Origin: Atribacterota bacterium
GTDB taxonomy: Bacteria; Atribacterota; Phoenicimicrobiia; Phoenicimicrobiales; Stramentimicrobiaceae
Direction: 5' to 3'
Assembly (NCBI GenBank): GCA_040767965.1
Contig: JAXGNR010000012.1
Coordinates: 1 to 56,237, forward strand
Length of the DNA stretch: 56,237 nt
The stretch's first letter is position 1, and every line of letters begins with the position of its first letter. A program made the translations under genes and the position numbers. This document shows, piece after piece, positions 19,029 to 29,919 of the stretch. Under the pieces are notes generated by a model that did not search any database, was not told the DNA's origin, and saw only the letters and a list, made by a program, of their open reading frames with translations.

Positions 19029-20090
19029 CTATTCTTTTAAATCATCAAATGTGGCCATTTTGTTAAGTAGCTTAAATCCTGTTTCAATAAAATTCATACC
19101 ATAAACAGCCCCGGTGCCTTCACCTAAATGCATTTTTAAATCAAAAATCGGTCTTTTCTGCAGATAAGATAAAGCAACAAGATGTCCCTTTTCCTTTGAA
19201 CAATGACTGGCAAACAGATAATCTTTTACTATGGGAACAAGGTGCACTGCCAGTAAGGCGCAGGCTCCTGATATTAAACCATCCATTACCACAGGCACTC
19301 TTCTGGCTGCCGCAGCCAGTATGCAACCGACCAGTCCTCCTATCTCAAATCCACCTACTTTGGCCAGAACATCCATTGGATCTTTGGGGTTTGGCTGATT
19401 TACAGTAATTGCTTTCTTGATTATAGCGGTTTTATGCTCAACTTCTTCAGGAGCAAGTCCGGTACCCATGTCTACTGTATCTTCAATTTTTGCTCCAGTT
19501 AAGAGACTGATAATAGCACTGCTGGCAGTGGTATTACCTATACCCATTTCACCTAATCCAATCAGGTTAATTTCCTGACAGGCATAGCTTTCTTCAAAGA
19601 CCTCATAACCGGTTAGAATAGATTTCTCAGCCATTTCAGGAGTCATAGCAGGACCGTTAACCATATTAAAAGTGCCATGAGCAATTTTCCTTTTATTTAA
19701 TCCTTTTAATTCTTTGATGTCTGCAAATTCCCCCTTAACACCAATATCTGTAATGGCTACCTCTATACCGAAATGTTCAGTTAAGATATTTATGGCAGCA
19801 CCGCCATTTAAAAAATTTAAAACCATCTGGCGGGTAATTTCAGCAGGATAAGCACTGATTTTTTCAACTGTTACTCCATGATCGGCTGCCATTAAAAAAA
19901 CTACTTTTCTCTTTAAAGGTGGATTTACTGTTCCATAAACTCCGGCTGCCAGGGCAATTATTTTCTCTAATTCGCCCAGGCTCTTGGCAGGTTTGGTTAA
20001 ATTATCAAATTTTTTTATAGTTATCTCTTCTAAATCTTTATTAACTGGCATAATTTTTTGAATTATTTTTTCAATTTTCTTATTTCTCAA
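19029..20090 (-). CDS. cobT: Nicotinate-nucleotide-DMB phosphoribosyltransferase
   Basis: LTKPAKSLG, AADHGV, GEMGIGNTT, LGEGTGA. Confidence 0.95.
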   Translation of the reverse strand: MRNKKIEKIIQKIMPVNKDLEEITIKKFDNLTKPAKSLGELEKIIALAAGVYGTVNPPLKRKVVFLMAADHGVTVEKISAYPAEITRQMVLNFLNGGAAINILTEHFGIEVAITDIGVKGEFADIKELKGLNKRKIAHGTFNMVNGPAMTPEMAEKSILTGYEVFEESYACQEINLIGLGEMGIGNTTASSAIISLLTGAKIEDTVDMGTGLAPEEVEHKTAIIKKAITVNQPNPKDPMDVLAKVGGFEIGGLVGCILAAAARRVPVVMDGLISGACALLAVHLVPIVKDYLFASHCSKEKGHLVALSYLQKRPIFDLKMHLGEGTGAVYGMNFIETGFKLLNKMATFDDLKE

Positions 20091-20733
20091 TTGAGCCAGC
20101 CTTTTCTTTTTGAAATTTTAGATGGGCTACATCATTTACCGAACTAACATAAAAACCACTTTCCTTTTCAAATTTCAATATGTTTAAAGCAGTAGATTCC
20201 TGTCTGATGTGCCATATATTTTTAATTGGGATTTCAAGTGCTAAGGCAATAATCATTCTTGTTACTCCGCCATGACAAACAATAATTATTGTTTTTTCTT
20301 TGTTTTCTTCATAATGATCCGCAATTACTTTATCTAAAGCTGATTTAACTCTTTTTTGTAAATCAAAAACACTTTCTCCGCCTGAGAGTGGTGAATCAGG
20401 TTGATTCCACCATCCGGGTGAAATACTTTCTCCTATTTTCTGATTATATTCTTCAAGCTTTAATCCTTCCCATACTCCAAAATGAATTTCCCTAAAACCT
20501 GGTTCTATGGATAATGGTGTTTCTCGATTCTGTAACACAATTTTTGCTGTATTGACAGCTCTTTTCAAATCACTACTATAAGCAGCATCAATTTTCTCCC
20601 CACTTAAACGCTTGCCTAACTGTTCAGCCTGCCAGATACCTTTTTCAGTTAATTCAACATCCTGGTGGCCTGAGAATCTTCTTTCAACATTACTTTGTGT
20701 TTCACCATGCCTTATTACCAAAAATTTCAACAT
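20080..20733 (-). CDS. cobC: Alpha-ribazole phosphatase (histidine phosphatase)
   Basis: RHGET, SSDLKRA, REIHFGVWEG, CHGG; operon context. Confidence 0.85.
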   Translation of the reverse strand: MLKFLVIRHGETQSNVERRFSGHQDVELTEKGIWQAEQLGKRLSGEKIDAAYSSDLKRAVNTAKIVLQNRETPLSIEPGFREIHFGVWEGLKLEEYNQKIGESISPGWWNQPDSPLSGGESVFDLQKRVKSALDKVIADHYEENKEKTIIIVCHGGVTRMIIALALEIPIKNIWHIRQESTALNILKFEKESGFYVSSVNDVAHLKFQKEKAGSIEK

Positions 20734-20896
20734 TTTACAAACCTTCTACTATTCTTATTTATATAATTATTTAATTTATTATAATATAAAATCTGGTAAA
20801 ACTTTATAACATCCTTACCAGTAATTAATTTTCGCTCTTTTATTCTATGCCATAGTGGGCTAATTAACTTATCTAATAAATATCTTATAAATATTA

Positions 20897-22213
20897 TCAC
20901 TGCTTTTTTGCAGATACCGGCAAAGATTTCAGATAAACATGTGGAAAATGGTATTGTCCTGATACCCAGGTAGCCTTTTCTCCTACTCCCAGTATATTTT
21001 TCATAACCTCAAAAGCATTGCCAGCAATCATTACATTTTTTACCCGACCTGTTACCTGGCCATTTTTAATTTTAAATCCCAGTTGAACATTATTAGAGAA
21101 GGACCCACTTAGGACATTGCCCTGGCCTAATCCCAGAACCTGATCAACTATAATACCTTCTTTAATATCTTTTATCATCTCTTCCATTGACATTTCCCCT
21201 TCCGGAATAACAAGATTACTTATTCCGGGGGCAGGGGGAGAACTGTAACCAGGTCTCAATCCGTTACCGGTAGGCTCTACTTCGGCTTCGGCAGCATTTT
21301 GCAAATCATAATAATAATTTTCCAGCACTCCATTTTTTATCAATGGTAATCTTTGCATCTTAATTCCTTCATCATCATAAGGAGCACTTCCTCCGGCATA
21401 GTCAATAGTACCATCACTATACATTGAAAAAAGGGGGCTCCATACCAGTTGTCCTTTTTTGTCACCCAAAGGTGATATTTTCTTATTTACTGATCGGCCA
21501 TTTAATCCGCTGATGAAAGGTAAAATCAATACTAATAAAGCTTTCGGAGTAAAAATGACTGGCATATTTCCACTTTCAATATCTACAATTTTAGAACTCC
21601 ATTTTATTTTCTGTTCAAGCTTTTCCCAAAAAATATCCAAAGGCATGGAATCACTACCCCACTGTTGAGATTCCATCAGCATTAACATATCATTTTCAGT
21701 AGTATTTTGAACCATAACAGAATAAGCAAACATGGTTTGTTCGTACTGAAAAGAGCCTCCAAAAGTATTGTAGTATTCCACCGTGCTTTCTTGTTTTGTT
21801 AAACCGGCATCACAGCGAAAATCTGCATTTATGGAATTGATTTTTTTAATAATCTTGTTTCCTTCTTCAATCATTTCGGCAATAGTTTTTTCTTTGATTT
21901 TTTTATCAGACATCTGCAGATTTAAATCAGTGGCAGGGATAATTTTTTCTGGAAAATTAAAATAAGCTTTTTGCCCGAATTGAGATACTTCAATAGCTTT
22001 TTCCAACATGCGATTTATTTGTTCCTGTGAAGTTGCGGAAGAAAATCCTATTTTATTATTCTGAATAATTCTCAGGGCCCATCCTTCTAACTCCTCTGCA
22101 TTAATGGATTTCAGTTGATTCATTTCATAATCAATGGGAATAGATTTATAATTGACCCGAAATAACTCTCCTGCCGGAACTTTTTGTTTTATTTTTTCTA
22201 TAATCTGTTGCAT
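20897..22213 (-). CDS. pmbA: PmbA/TldE family protein
   Basis: PYDDEG, TGNG, paired with tldD, no HExxGH motif. Confidence 0.85.
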   Translation of the reverse strand: MQQIIEKIKQKVPAGELFRVNYKSIPIDYEMNQLKSINAEELEGWALRIIQNNKIGFSSATSQEQINRMLEKAIEVSQFGQKAYFNFPEKIIPATDLNLQMSDKKIKEKTIAEMIEEGNKIIKKINSINADFRCDAGLTKQESTVEYYNTFGGSFQYEQTMFAYSVMVQNTTENDMLMLMESQQWGSDSMPLDIFWEKLEQKIKWSSKIVDIESGNMPVIFTPKALLVLILPFISGLNGRSVNKKISPLGDKKGQLVWSPLFSMYSDGTIDYAGGSAPYDDEGIKMQRLPLIKNGVLENYYYDLQNAAEAEVEPTGNGLRPGYSSPPAPGISNLVIPEGEMSMEEMIKDIKEGIIVDQVLGLGQGNVLSGSFSNNVQLGFKIKNGQVTGRVKNVMIAGNAFEVMKNILGVGEKATWVSGQYHFPHVYLKSLPVSAKKQ

Positions 22214-22214
22214 A

Positions 22215-23585
22215 TTAACGATTCCCTCCTACTACTACATTTCGAATTCGGATATGAGGGCTACCAAAGGTTACCGGTAAAGGGCTCTGTCCGCCTTTAC
22301 CACATCCTCCTCCAGATTCAATAATTCTTAAATCATTTCCAATTCCTTCAATATTGTACAATGTATCAAAGAGATTACCTGTTAGAGTAATATCTCTTAC
22401 CGGTTCAGAAATACATCCATTTTCGATCATATAGCCTTCTCCGGCACTAAAGGTATACATTTCAAAAGTAGTATTACCGCCATAGAATTGACGGGCGTAA
22501 ATGCCTTTTTCAATTCCGTTGAACAGGTCTTTATAAGGAGTTTTACCCTGCTCTATATAAGTGTTGGTCATTCGCACAATTGGTTTATGCTGATAACCGA
22601 TTGTTCTGGCATTACCGGTGAGACTTTCACCCATTTTGGCAGCTGTTTCCCGGGAATGCAACCTGCCAACCAGAACCCCATCTTTAATTAAATAATTCTT
22701 TCTGGTTGGTACGCCCTCGTCATCATATTTGGAGGAACCCAAAAGGCCTGGCAAAGAGCCATCATCTACTACACTAAGTTCAGGTGAACCAATATTTTTT
22801 CCTATCTGCATTATATTGCGCATTCTGGAATCTTCATATAAAAAATCAGCCTCGCTCAAATGTCCAAAGGCTTCATGTATAAAAACGCCAGCCAGGATTG
22901 GATCAAGAACAACTGTAAATTCTCCTCCATTAACCGGTTTGGCTTTTAACAGATTGGCTGCTCTTCTGGCTGCCCTATGGGCGACAGAAGAAAGCTGTTC
23001 TGCTATCTCATATCCTTTTATACTCCCTGAACTTTCAGTAGCCATCTGCACATCATCTCCATTACGGGCAATCGCTGTAAAATGAATATTTAAAGATGGT
23101 TTCTCCTGGTAAATATAAGTTCCATCTGAATTAGCAAAATGGGTAACTGTATATCTGTCACTGTAATTGACAATTGAAGATTGAATTTTTGGACTGTATT
23201 TAATTATTATATTGCTATAATTTTGAAGCATAGACGATTTTTCTTTTAAGCTGACTTTTCTGAAATCTCGCTTATATTCTGTTGCATATAAATGCTCTAC
23301 TACGGGTTCAGTTTCAGCTAAAAAACTTTTATCATGCCCGATTAAAGTGGCTATTTCAATAGCCTGGTCAGCTTTTTTTTCCAGTTCATCCCAGCGGTTA
23401 AAAGTTACAAATCCCCAACGGCCATTTACCAGAGCTCGCACATTGCCACCTTTTTCCTGGGAACTGCTTATCTTTTCCATTTCTTTGCCCTGGAAGCGAA
23501 TTTGTGAAGATTCATTTTCTTCTAATCGAATTTCCAGGTAATCTGCTTTTTTTTTAGAAATCACTTCAGTTAATCTGTTTTGCAT
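22215..23585 (-). CDS. tldD: TldD metalloprotease
   Basis: HEAFGHLSEAD, YDDEG, RMTNT, GGCGKGGQ. Confidence 0.92.
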   Translation of the reverse strand: MQNRLTEVISKKKADYLEIRLEENESSQIRFQGKEMEKISSSQEKGGNVRALVNGRWGFVTFNRWDELEKKADQAIEIATLIGHDKSFLAETEPVVEHLYATEYKRDFRKVSLKEKSSMLQNYSNIIIKYSPKIQSSIVNYSDRYTVTHFANSDGTYIYQEKPSLNIHFTAIARNGDDVQMATESSGSIKGYEIAEQLSSVAHRAARRAANLLKAKPVNGGEFTVVLDPILAGVFIHEAFGHLSEADFLYEDSRMRNIMQIGKNIGSPELSVVDDGSLPGLLGSSKYDDEGVPTRKNYLIKDGVLVGRLHSRETAAKMGESLTGNARTIGYQHKPIVRMTNTYIEQGKTPYKDLFNGIEKGIYARQFYGGNTTFEMYTFSAGEGYMIENGCISEPVRDITLTGNLFDTLYNIEGIGNDLRIIESGGGCGKGGQSPLPVTFGSPHIRIRNVVVGGNR

Positions 23586-23647
23586 AATTTCCTCCTGCTA
23601 CCTTCTAATGCAAATTCTGTAATTAATATTTTTGTATTTGTTTTTAT

Positions 23648-24646
23648 TTATTCTTCTATATTTTCAGCATTTTCGGTGCTGTTTTCCATAATATTTTGTT
23701 CTTCCAGATAAATTGATCTTTCCAACCACCAAACCCATTCACTCCATCTTCTATCAATATTTTTACTTTCTTCTTTCAGTCCTATCAAACCATTGATTTT
23801 GGCATCAGTATCATCAGCATAAAAAAGGGCTACTGCTGGAAGAGTGCTGGGTAATTTGGGGGAACCAAATTCAAATTTTCCATGATGGCTTAAAATGGCA
23901 TGTTTTACCATTAAAGATAAATCTTCCGGAAAATTATTAATCTTTTTAATTTTACTGTCAATTATTTCAGTACCAATAATAATATGTCCGATTAGTTTTC
24001 CCTTATCGGTATATTCTATTGTTCCATTCAGCTTGTATTCTTCGATCTTCCCAATGTCATGCAGAAGAGCAGTTGTTATTAAAAGATCCCTGTTTACCTG
24101 GGGATATATCCTGCAAATTGCTTCACAAAAATTAGCTACATTAATAGTGTGCTCTGCTAACCCTCCCCGGTAAGCCTGATGTAATTTTTTAGCTGCCGGA
24201 GCATTCATAAATTTTTCCCGGAAATCAGGTTCGTTAAATAAGCTGGCTAATAATTTTTTCAAATATAAATTGCTGACAGAATTAATTTTTTCGTCAACTT
24301 CCTGCATTATTTCATTGATATTTCTCTCTGTAGAAGGCAAAAAATCTGCCGGATTGTAATCTTTAGCTTTCTGCAGAGTATGAATAGTCATCTGTAGCTG
24401 ACCATTATTTCTTTTTTTTGTTATCTGTCCTTCTATCTGGGCAAATATTATTTGTTCATATTCTGTTCTTTTTGGAACAGAGATATCCCATACAATGGCT
24501 TCTACTTCACTACTTTTATCAGCAATTTTCAAAAAGCCATCAACTGTTTCTCCATTTCTCCTGAGGCGAAATTCCATTTCCTTAATATAAAAAATACCTT
24601 TTACCCGATCGCCTATATCTAATTGATTAAGATTTTTGTATATCAA
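23648..24646 (-). CDS. yhaM: 3'-5' exoribonuclease YhaM (OB fold + HD domain)
   Basis: APAAKKLHQAYRGGLAEHT, LLHDIGK, GHI, ILSHHG..EFGSP. Confidence 0.88.
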   Translation of the reverse strand: MIYKNLNQLDIGDRVKGIFYIKEMEFRLRRNGETVDGFLKIADKSSEVEAIVWDISVPKRTEYEQIIFAQIEGQITKKRNNGQLQMTIHTLQKAKDYNPADFLPSTERNINEIMQEVDEKINSVSNLYLKKLLASLFNEPDFREKFMNAPAAKKLHQAYRGGLAEHTINVANFCEAICRIYPQVNRDLLITTALLHDIGKIEEYKLNGTIEYTDKGKLIGHIIIGTEIIDSKIKKINNFPEDLSLMVKHAILSHHGKFEFGSPKLPSTLPAVALFYADDTDAKINGLIGLKEESKNIDRRWSEWVWWLERSIYLEEQNIMENSTENAENIEE

Positions 24647-24779
24647 TTATGATAACCTCAACTTTTTATAATAATACAAGTATAACCTGTTATTTCAGCA
24701 ATCAGCTATCATTATATAATAAAAAACTGTTTTTTAAAAATAAGTCTGTTTTTCCTGTATAAATACAAATGAGATTTCC

Positions 24780-24808
24780 TTGACAAGTTTTCTTATTTTC
24801 ACTATTCT
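24780..24808 (+). promoter_or_regulatory. Sigma70 promoter of the tRNA
   Basis: TTGACA-17 bp-TATTCT. Confidence 0.6.
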
Positions 24809-24860
24809 AATAAAGTAATGAATAGCAAATCATTTTTACCAGCAGCCAGCAGTTTTATTA

Positions 24861-24948
24861 GCCGAAGTGGCGGAATCGGTAGACGCGCTACGTTCAGGGC
24901 GTAGTAGGTCTCGCACCTGTGGGGGTTCAAATCCCCCCTTCGGCACCA
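24861..24948 (+). tRNA. tRNA-Leu (anticodon CAG)
   Basis: GCCGAAG acceptor stem, CTACG-TTCAGGG-CGTAG anticodon arm, long variable arm, GGTTCAAATCC, encoded CCA. Confidence 0.96.
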
Positions 24949-25008
24949 ATATCCAATACTTCCTTCACATTTCCCATTAAGTTATTCAAGTACTTTCTGG
25001 TTTTATCA

Positions 25009-25995
25009 TTAACCAAAAAATACAGTAATTATCTCATCTAAAGAAATATCACCAAAATAATGCTTTAGATTAAATTTTGCTAAAACATTTTTAACAGCAT
25101 TTAGCTCATAGTTTACATTTTGGAAGGCATCTTCAATTTCTGATACTTCCTGTACTGATAGAAAATCACCAAAAATCTGACAATTCTCTATTATTCCTTT
25201 TTTAACATCCAATAAAGCTTCAATTTTACCGCCTGAAAATCTTCTGGAATTCTTAATAGTATAAGCAGGAGAATAACCGAAATTCCATTCCCAGGTATTG
25301 TATTTTGTATCAACTAAAAACAGTATGTTTTTTATATCAGCATCAGTTAATATATATTCATCAATTTCCTTGTCTTTAAATAATTCTTTTAAAATCTCAC
25401 CTCTAAATTGTTCAACGCTTTGCTGTTGCCTGATGTATTCTTTTATATTGGCAACTCTGCTTCGCACTGATTTAATCCCTTTAGATTGAATTTTGTCAAG
25501 GCTTACCTGTAAGACATTGGGCATGACATCCAGATCAGTATCAAAAAGTAAGGTGCCATGGTGAAGTAGTTTATTTCTAAAAAGACGTTGGGCATTTCCT
25601 GATATTTTTTTGCCTTCAACTGTAATATCATTACGTCCAGACAGTTGGGCAGGAACACCCATATTATGCAAAGCCTCTACCACCGGTAAAGTGAATTTTT
25701 TTATATTTACATTGTCTTTTTCATCGAAAGTCATTAAAAAGGTAAAATTTAAATTTCCTAAATCCTGATAAACAGCTCCTCCTCCTGAAAGTCTGCGGAC
25801 AACATTTATCTTATGTTCATCAACATAAGGCATATTTATCTCTTCTATAGTATTTTGATTATTCCCTACTACAACTGTCGGCTCATTACGCCATAAAAAG
25901 ATGACATCATCATTTATAATATTGTTTTTCAATAAATATTCTTCTAAGGATAAGTTAAAATATGGGCTGTGTGAATGACTGTCAATGTATTTCAT
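25009..25995 (-). CDS. lplA: Lipoate-protein ligase
   Basis: RRLSGGGAVYQDLGN, GRND, KISGNAQ, HHGTLL, KGIKSVRSRV. Confidence 0.93.
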   Translation of the reverse strand: MKYIDSHSHSPYFNLSLEEYLLKNNIINDDVIFLWRNEPTVVVGNNQNTIEEINMPYVDEHKINVVRRLSGGGAVYQDLGNLNFTFLMTFDEKDNVNIKKFTLPVVEALHNMGVPAQLSGRNDITVEGKKISGNAQRLFRNKLLHHGTLLFDTDLDVMPNVLQVSLDKIQSKGIKSVRSRVANIKEYIRQQQSVEQFRGEILKELFKDKEIDEYILTDADIKNILFLVDTKYNTWEWNFGYSPAYTIKNSRRFSGGKIEALLDVKKGIIENCQIFGDFLSVQEVSEIEDAFQNVNYELNAVKNVLAKFNLKHYFGDISLDEIITVFFG

Positions 25996-26280
25996 TTTTA
26001 CCTCTCATATCAAATATTTTTTGAATGTAATGTTAAGATATATAATATTGATTATTATAATACATTATTATTAAAAAAATCCAAAAATAAGGGAGATATA
26101 GACAATCAATGGTTTTCATTACAGATAAATTAAGAATATTCAGGGATGCAATTCTCCTAAAGAATATTTTTATCTTTTTTGGATGCAATTTTTCAGGTAT
26201 TGACAATAATGGTATTATTATGAAAATAATAACTACTATTAATAGCAGATAACATCTTCTTAAATTTTCAGGAGGAAAGA

Positions 26281-28457
26281 ATGTCATCCTTTAAAACTCT
26301 GACCGAAATGTTAAAAAATAATACCAAAAATTTCGGCAATAAGATTGCCTTTAAAGTAAAAAAACAAAATGAATTTGAGCCAATAACTTATAATGAGCTA
26401 TATGAAAAAATCAAAGAATTGGGAACTGGCTTCCTGGAAATAGGTATCAAAGAATTTGATCATGTAGGGTTGGTCAGTGAAAATAGATTAGAGTGGATAA
26501 TTTCAGATATGGCAGTTATCCATTTAAGGGCTGCAGATGTTCCATGCAGCGGAAATAGCTCTTCAAAGGATCTTTATTTTAAATTAAACCATTCAGACGC
26601 TAGTTCAGTAATCCTGGAAGGTGAAAAACAATTTAATAGCTTCCTTCAGATAAATAATCCTCTGCCGAAAATTACAAATATAATTTTAATAGATAAAATC
26701 GATGTTTTTTCTAAATCTGATGAAGTGCCTGAATGGGCAAATCCAGTTGATTTTCAGGAAAACGGTAAAATTAGAAAATCTTTCGAAAAAGCAATCAAGA
26801 ATTTATAAAAAATGAAAATGCTACCTTATTCTTATCTCCCGGAGCTCTAGAGTTTTTACAAAAATACCTTGATAATAATCAGGAAATGTCAGCACTATCT
26901 GATAAGGAAAAATTGCCAAAGGACTTTATCAAGGAAAGTATTCTGCAAAGAGTATTTCTGATTGATAAAGAATACAACGAAAAATATTCCTTTAATATTT
27001 ACTCTTTTAAATACCTTTCACAAAAAGGTCGTGAACTTTTAAAACAAGGAGATACCCGCCTGGAGAAAATTGCCGATAGCGCTAAAGAAGATGATTTAGT
27101 TACAATTATTTATACTTCCGGCACTACAGCTGACCCTAAAGGGGTTATGCTGGTACATTCCAACTTTGTTCATAATGTTCGGGTAATGCCTCCAGTGCAG
27201 GAAATTAATAAAGATGATCGTTTTCTGTCAGTGTTGCCTTCCTGGCATATCTTTGAAAGAACAGCAGAATATCTGGCCTTAACAGTGGGCGCCTCTACGG
27301 CTTATAGCAAACCATTTAAACAAATACTTTTACCAGACCTTGCTGCAGAAAAACCTACTATTATGACCAGTGTTCCCAGAATATGGGAAAGTGTTTACCA
27401 GGGCGCTATTTTAAAAGCTAAAAAAGGAAGTCCTCTTAAAAAAAAGATATTTGATTGGGCTTTTGGGATAGGTAAAAAATACAAAAAAGCTGAAAATATT
27501 GTCAATAACACTATCCCATTATTTGACAGACTGGAATTCACAACAGAAGAAGTTAAAAAAGCCAAAAAAACTCTCTTTCAATTGGGATGGCAATACAAAT
27601 TAGCAGATAAATTAGTTTACAAAAAAATTAGAGAAGTAGCAGGAGGAAAGCTTAGGTTTGCCATAAGCGGTGGCGGAGCCCTTCCGGATAATGTTGACAA
27701 TTTTTTTGATATAGCAGGTATTTTTGTTTGTGAAGGATACGGTTTGACTGAAACCGCACCTGTTTTATCTGCCAGAAATCCCAATGCTCGCATTATGTCA
27801 ACAGTTGGAGAAACTATGCCAGAAGCTGAGCTAAAAATTGTGGACAAGGACAATCTTAGCAGGGAACTCCCTAATGGCGAAACCGGAGTAGTGCTGGTTA
27901 AAGGGCCTATGGTTATGAAGGGATATTACAAAAACGAGGAAAAGACTGCTGAAGTAATTCAGGATGGATGGTTTAATACCGGTGATTTAGGCAGAAAGAC
28001 AAAAAATGGAAAATATTTACAGCTGGTCGGCAGATCTAAAGATACTATAGTTTTAAGAGGCGGAGAAAATGTTGAACCTCAGCCTTTAGAGGAAAAATTA
28101 CTGGAAAGTGAATTTATCAATATGGCTGTAGTAGTAGGGCAGGACAAACCCCGCTTAGGAGTACTGATTGTACCTAACTTCGAATCTTTGAAATCATTGT
28201 GGGAAAAAGAAAAAAAGAAGATTGAAAGCTTGAGCGAAGCCATAAAAGATCCAAATATCATCACTCTTTTTCAAAAAGAGGTAAAAAGGCTGATTTCTCG
28301 TGAAAATGGATTTAATCCCTTTGAAACAGTAATGGGAATCGCAATATGCCCTAAGGAGTTTTCCATAGAAGCAGGCGAACTGACGGAAACATTAAAAGTA
28401 AAAAGATTTGAAATCCATAACAAATATCAGGAATTAATCAATAAAATTTGCGGGTAA
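26281..28457 (+). CDS. Long-chain fatty acid-CoA ligase, split by one frameshift near 26797
   Basis: YTSGTTADPKG, EGYGLTE, WFNTGD, GRSKD..LRGGENVEP; adding one A in 'atcaaga' fuses the two ORFs. Confidence 0.88.
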
Positions 28458-28535
28458 GGATTATTGACATCCTATAACTCTATTCAAAAATGTACTTCAA
28501 CGAAATTAATTTATTCATTAGTAATTTTTAAGAAT

Positions 28536-29822
28536 TTATTTTGATATTAATGGTAATACCATTGCACCAAGATCATATATTATTACCTTAGCATCATCCC
28601 CATATTTTGCCCTGGTAATATTAATGGCTTCCTGAAAAGTACTTACAACTTTTTGTGATTTCAATGTTGGTGTGCTTGAAGGAAATCCTTTTGTAACCAT
28701 TAACATATCTGATTTTTTTAATGAGAGTAAATGCCTGTGAATAGCGCAGGCATTTCTTGAATTATCAAACATTTTCCCTTTTTTTTCTTCCCAATACCTA
28801 GATAAATCTTCCCACTCGTCTCTCAAGGAATCAAAGTAAAAAATTATTTCGTGCTGCGAATCTCCAAAACCTTCAGGACATTCTGCAATTATAATTCTAG
28901 TTCCTCCTTTTTTTACAACAGAATCAGCATTATACCCTGAGATAGCAGCTTGTCCCCAGTAATGAAATTTAGGGTCAGATGTAGTAATAACAATATCTGC
29001 TTCTTCTTTAAAAAAAATACAATTATTTTTTTTAAATACATCAATACATTTTTTTTGTGTCTCTACAGCTTCACCAGAATAAATAGCACTAATCTTTCCT
29101 TGTTGATCCAGTAAAATATTAATAACCATATCCAAGCCTGACAATTTGGCTGCTTCCTTAATATTTTCCCAAAAAGGATTACCTGTTGTTTTGCCAATTT
29201 CAACATTTTTTTCGATGACTGGTAATGCATGGGTATAATTTATTGTTTCTTTGCCAGCTATCCCGGGACAAATAATTTTTGGCCCTCCTGCAAAACCAGC
29301 CCAGGGGTGAATTTCTACTATTCCTATCCCAATTATAAAGTCAGCATCTGTTGCTAATTTATTAATATAAATTGGTATATTATTTTTAGTTTTTCCAATA
29401 TAAGTCAAACTTTTTTTATCAAGTGAATTATGATGTATTATTTCGTAATTACTACATATTTTTTCACCAAACTTATCAATTTTTTCTTTTGGTGTCATTT
29501 CTCTATGAAATCCTGTTGCAACGATAATCTTAATATTTTCTTTCCTGACATTTTTATCAAATAAAAAATTTAATAATTCAGGCAATATGTCTTTAGTTGG
29601 GGTAGGTCTTGTATAATCATCAGAAACAATGAGGATTTTGCTTTTACTGTTTATTTTAGAAGTATCGACAATTCCTATTAACTTTTCAAGACTCTTCTTT
29701 ACTTCAAAATCAATATTTCCTAAAACTTTAACATCTTCTTTGGTTTTTCCTAATACTACATTATTGAAAGGAATTTTAAATTTTTTAATCTTATTGCCAA
29801 CATGCAAAGAAAAAGTATACAT
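28536..29822 (-). CDS. LarA-family nickel-pincer-dependent racemase/epimerase
   Basis: DYTRPTP, ATGFHR, HPWAGFAGGPKIICPG, GNP. Confidence 0.88.
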   Translation of the reverse strand: MYTFSLHVGNKIKKFKIPFNNVVLGKTKEDVKVLGNIDFEVKKSLEKLIGIVDTSKINSKSKILIVSDDYTRPTPTKDILPELLNFLFDKNVRKENIKIIVATGFHREMTPKEKIDKFGEKICSNYEIIHHNSLDKKSLTYIGKTKNNIPIYINKLATDADFIIGIGIVEIHPWAGFAGGPKIICPGIAGKETINYTHALPVIEKNVEIGKTTGNPFWENIKEAAKLSGLDMVINILLDQQGKISAIYSGEAVETQKKCIDVFKKNNCIFFKEEADIVITTSDPKFHYWGQAAISGYNADSVVKKGGTRIIIAECPEGFGDSQHEIIFYFDSLRDEWEDLSRYWEEKKGKMFDNSRNACAIHRHLLSLKKSDMLMVTKGFPSSTPTLKSQKVVSTFQEAINITRAKYGDDAKVIIYDLGAMVLPLISK

Positions 29823-29919
29823 TAAACACCTCTCATATTGCCTTTTTAAAATTAGTAAACCTGGACAATATTACTTTTTAAATTTTCTTTATTAAAAATA
29901 AAGTCTAATTTAATATTAA

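Noticed and set aside
20897-23585. TldD/PmbA as part of a RiPP cluster
   Set aside because: No precursor peptide, YcaO or radical SAM gene adjacent; housekeeping context
24861-25010. tRNA-Leu as an island integration site
   Set aside because: No integrase nearby and no duplicated tRNA 3' end seen in the window
26033-26287. 84-aa minus-strand ORF
   Set aside because: Low-complexity translation of the divergent promoter region, with no RBS or family motif
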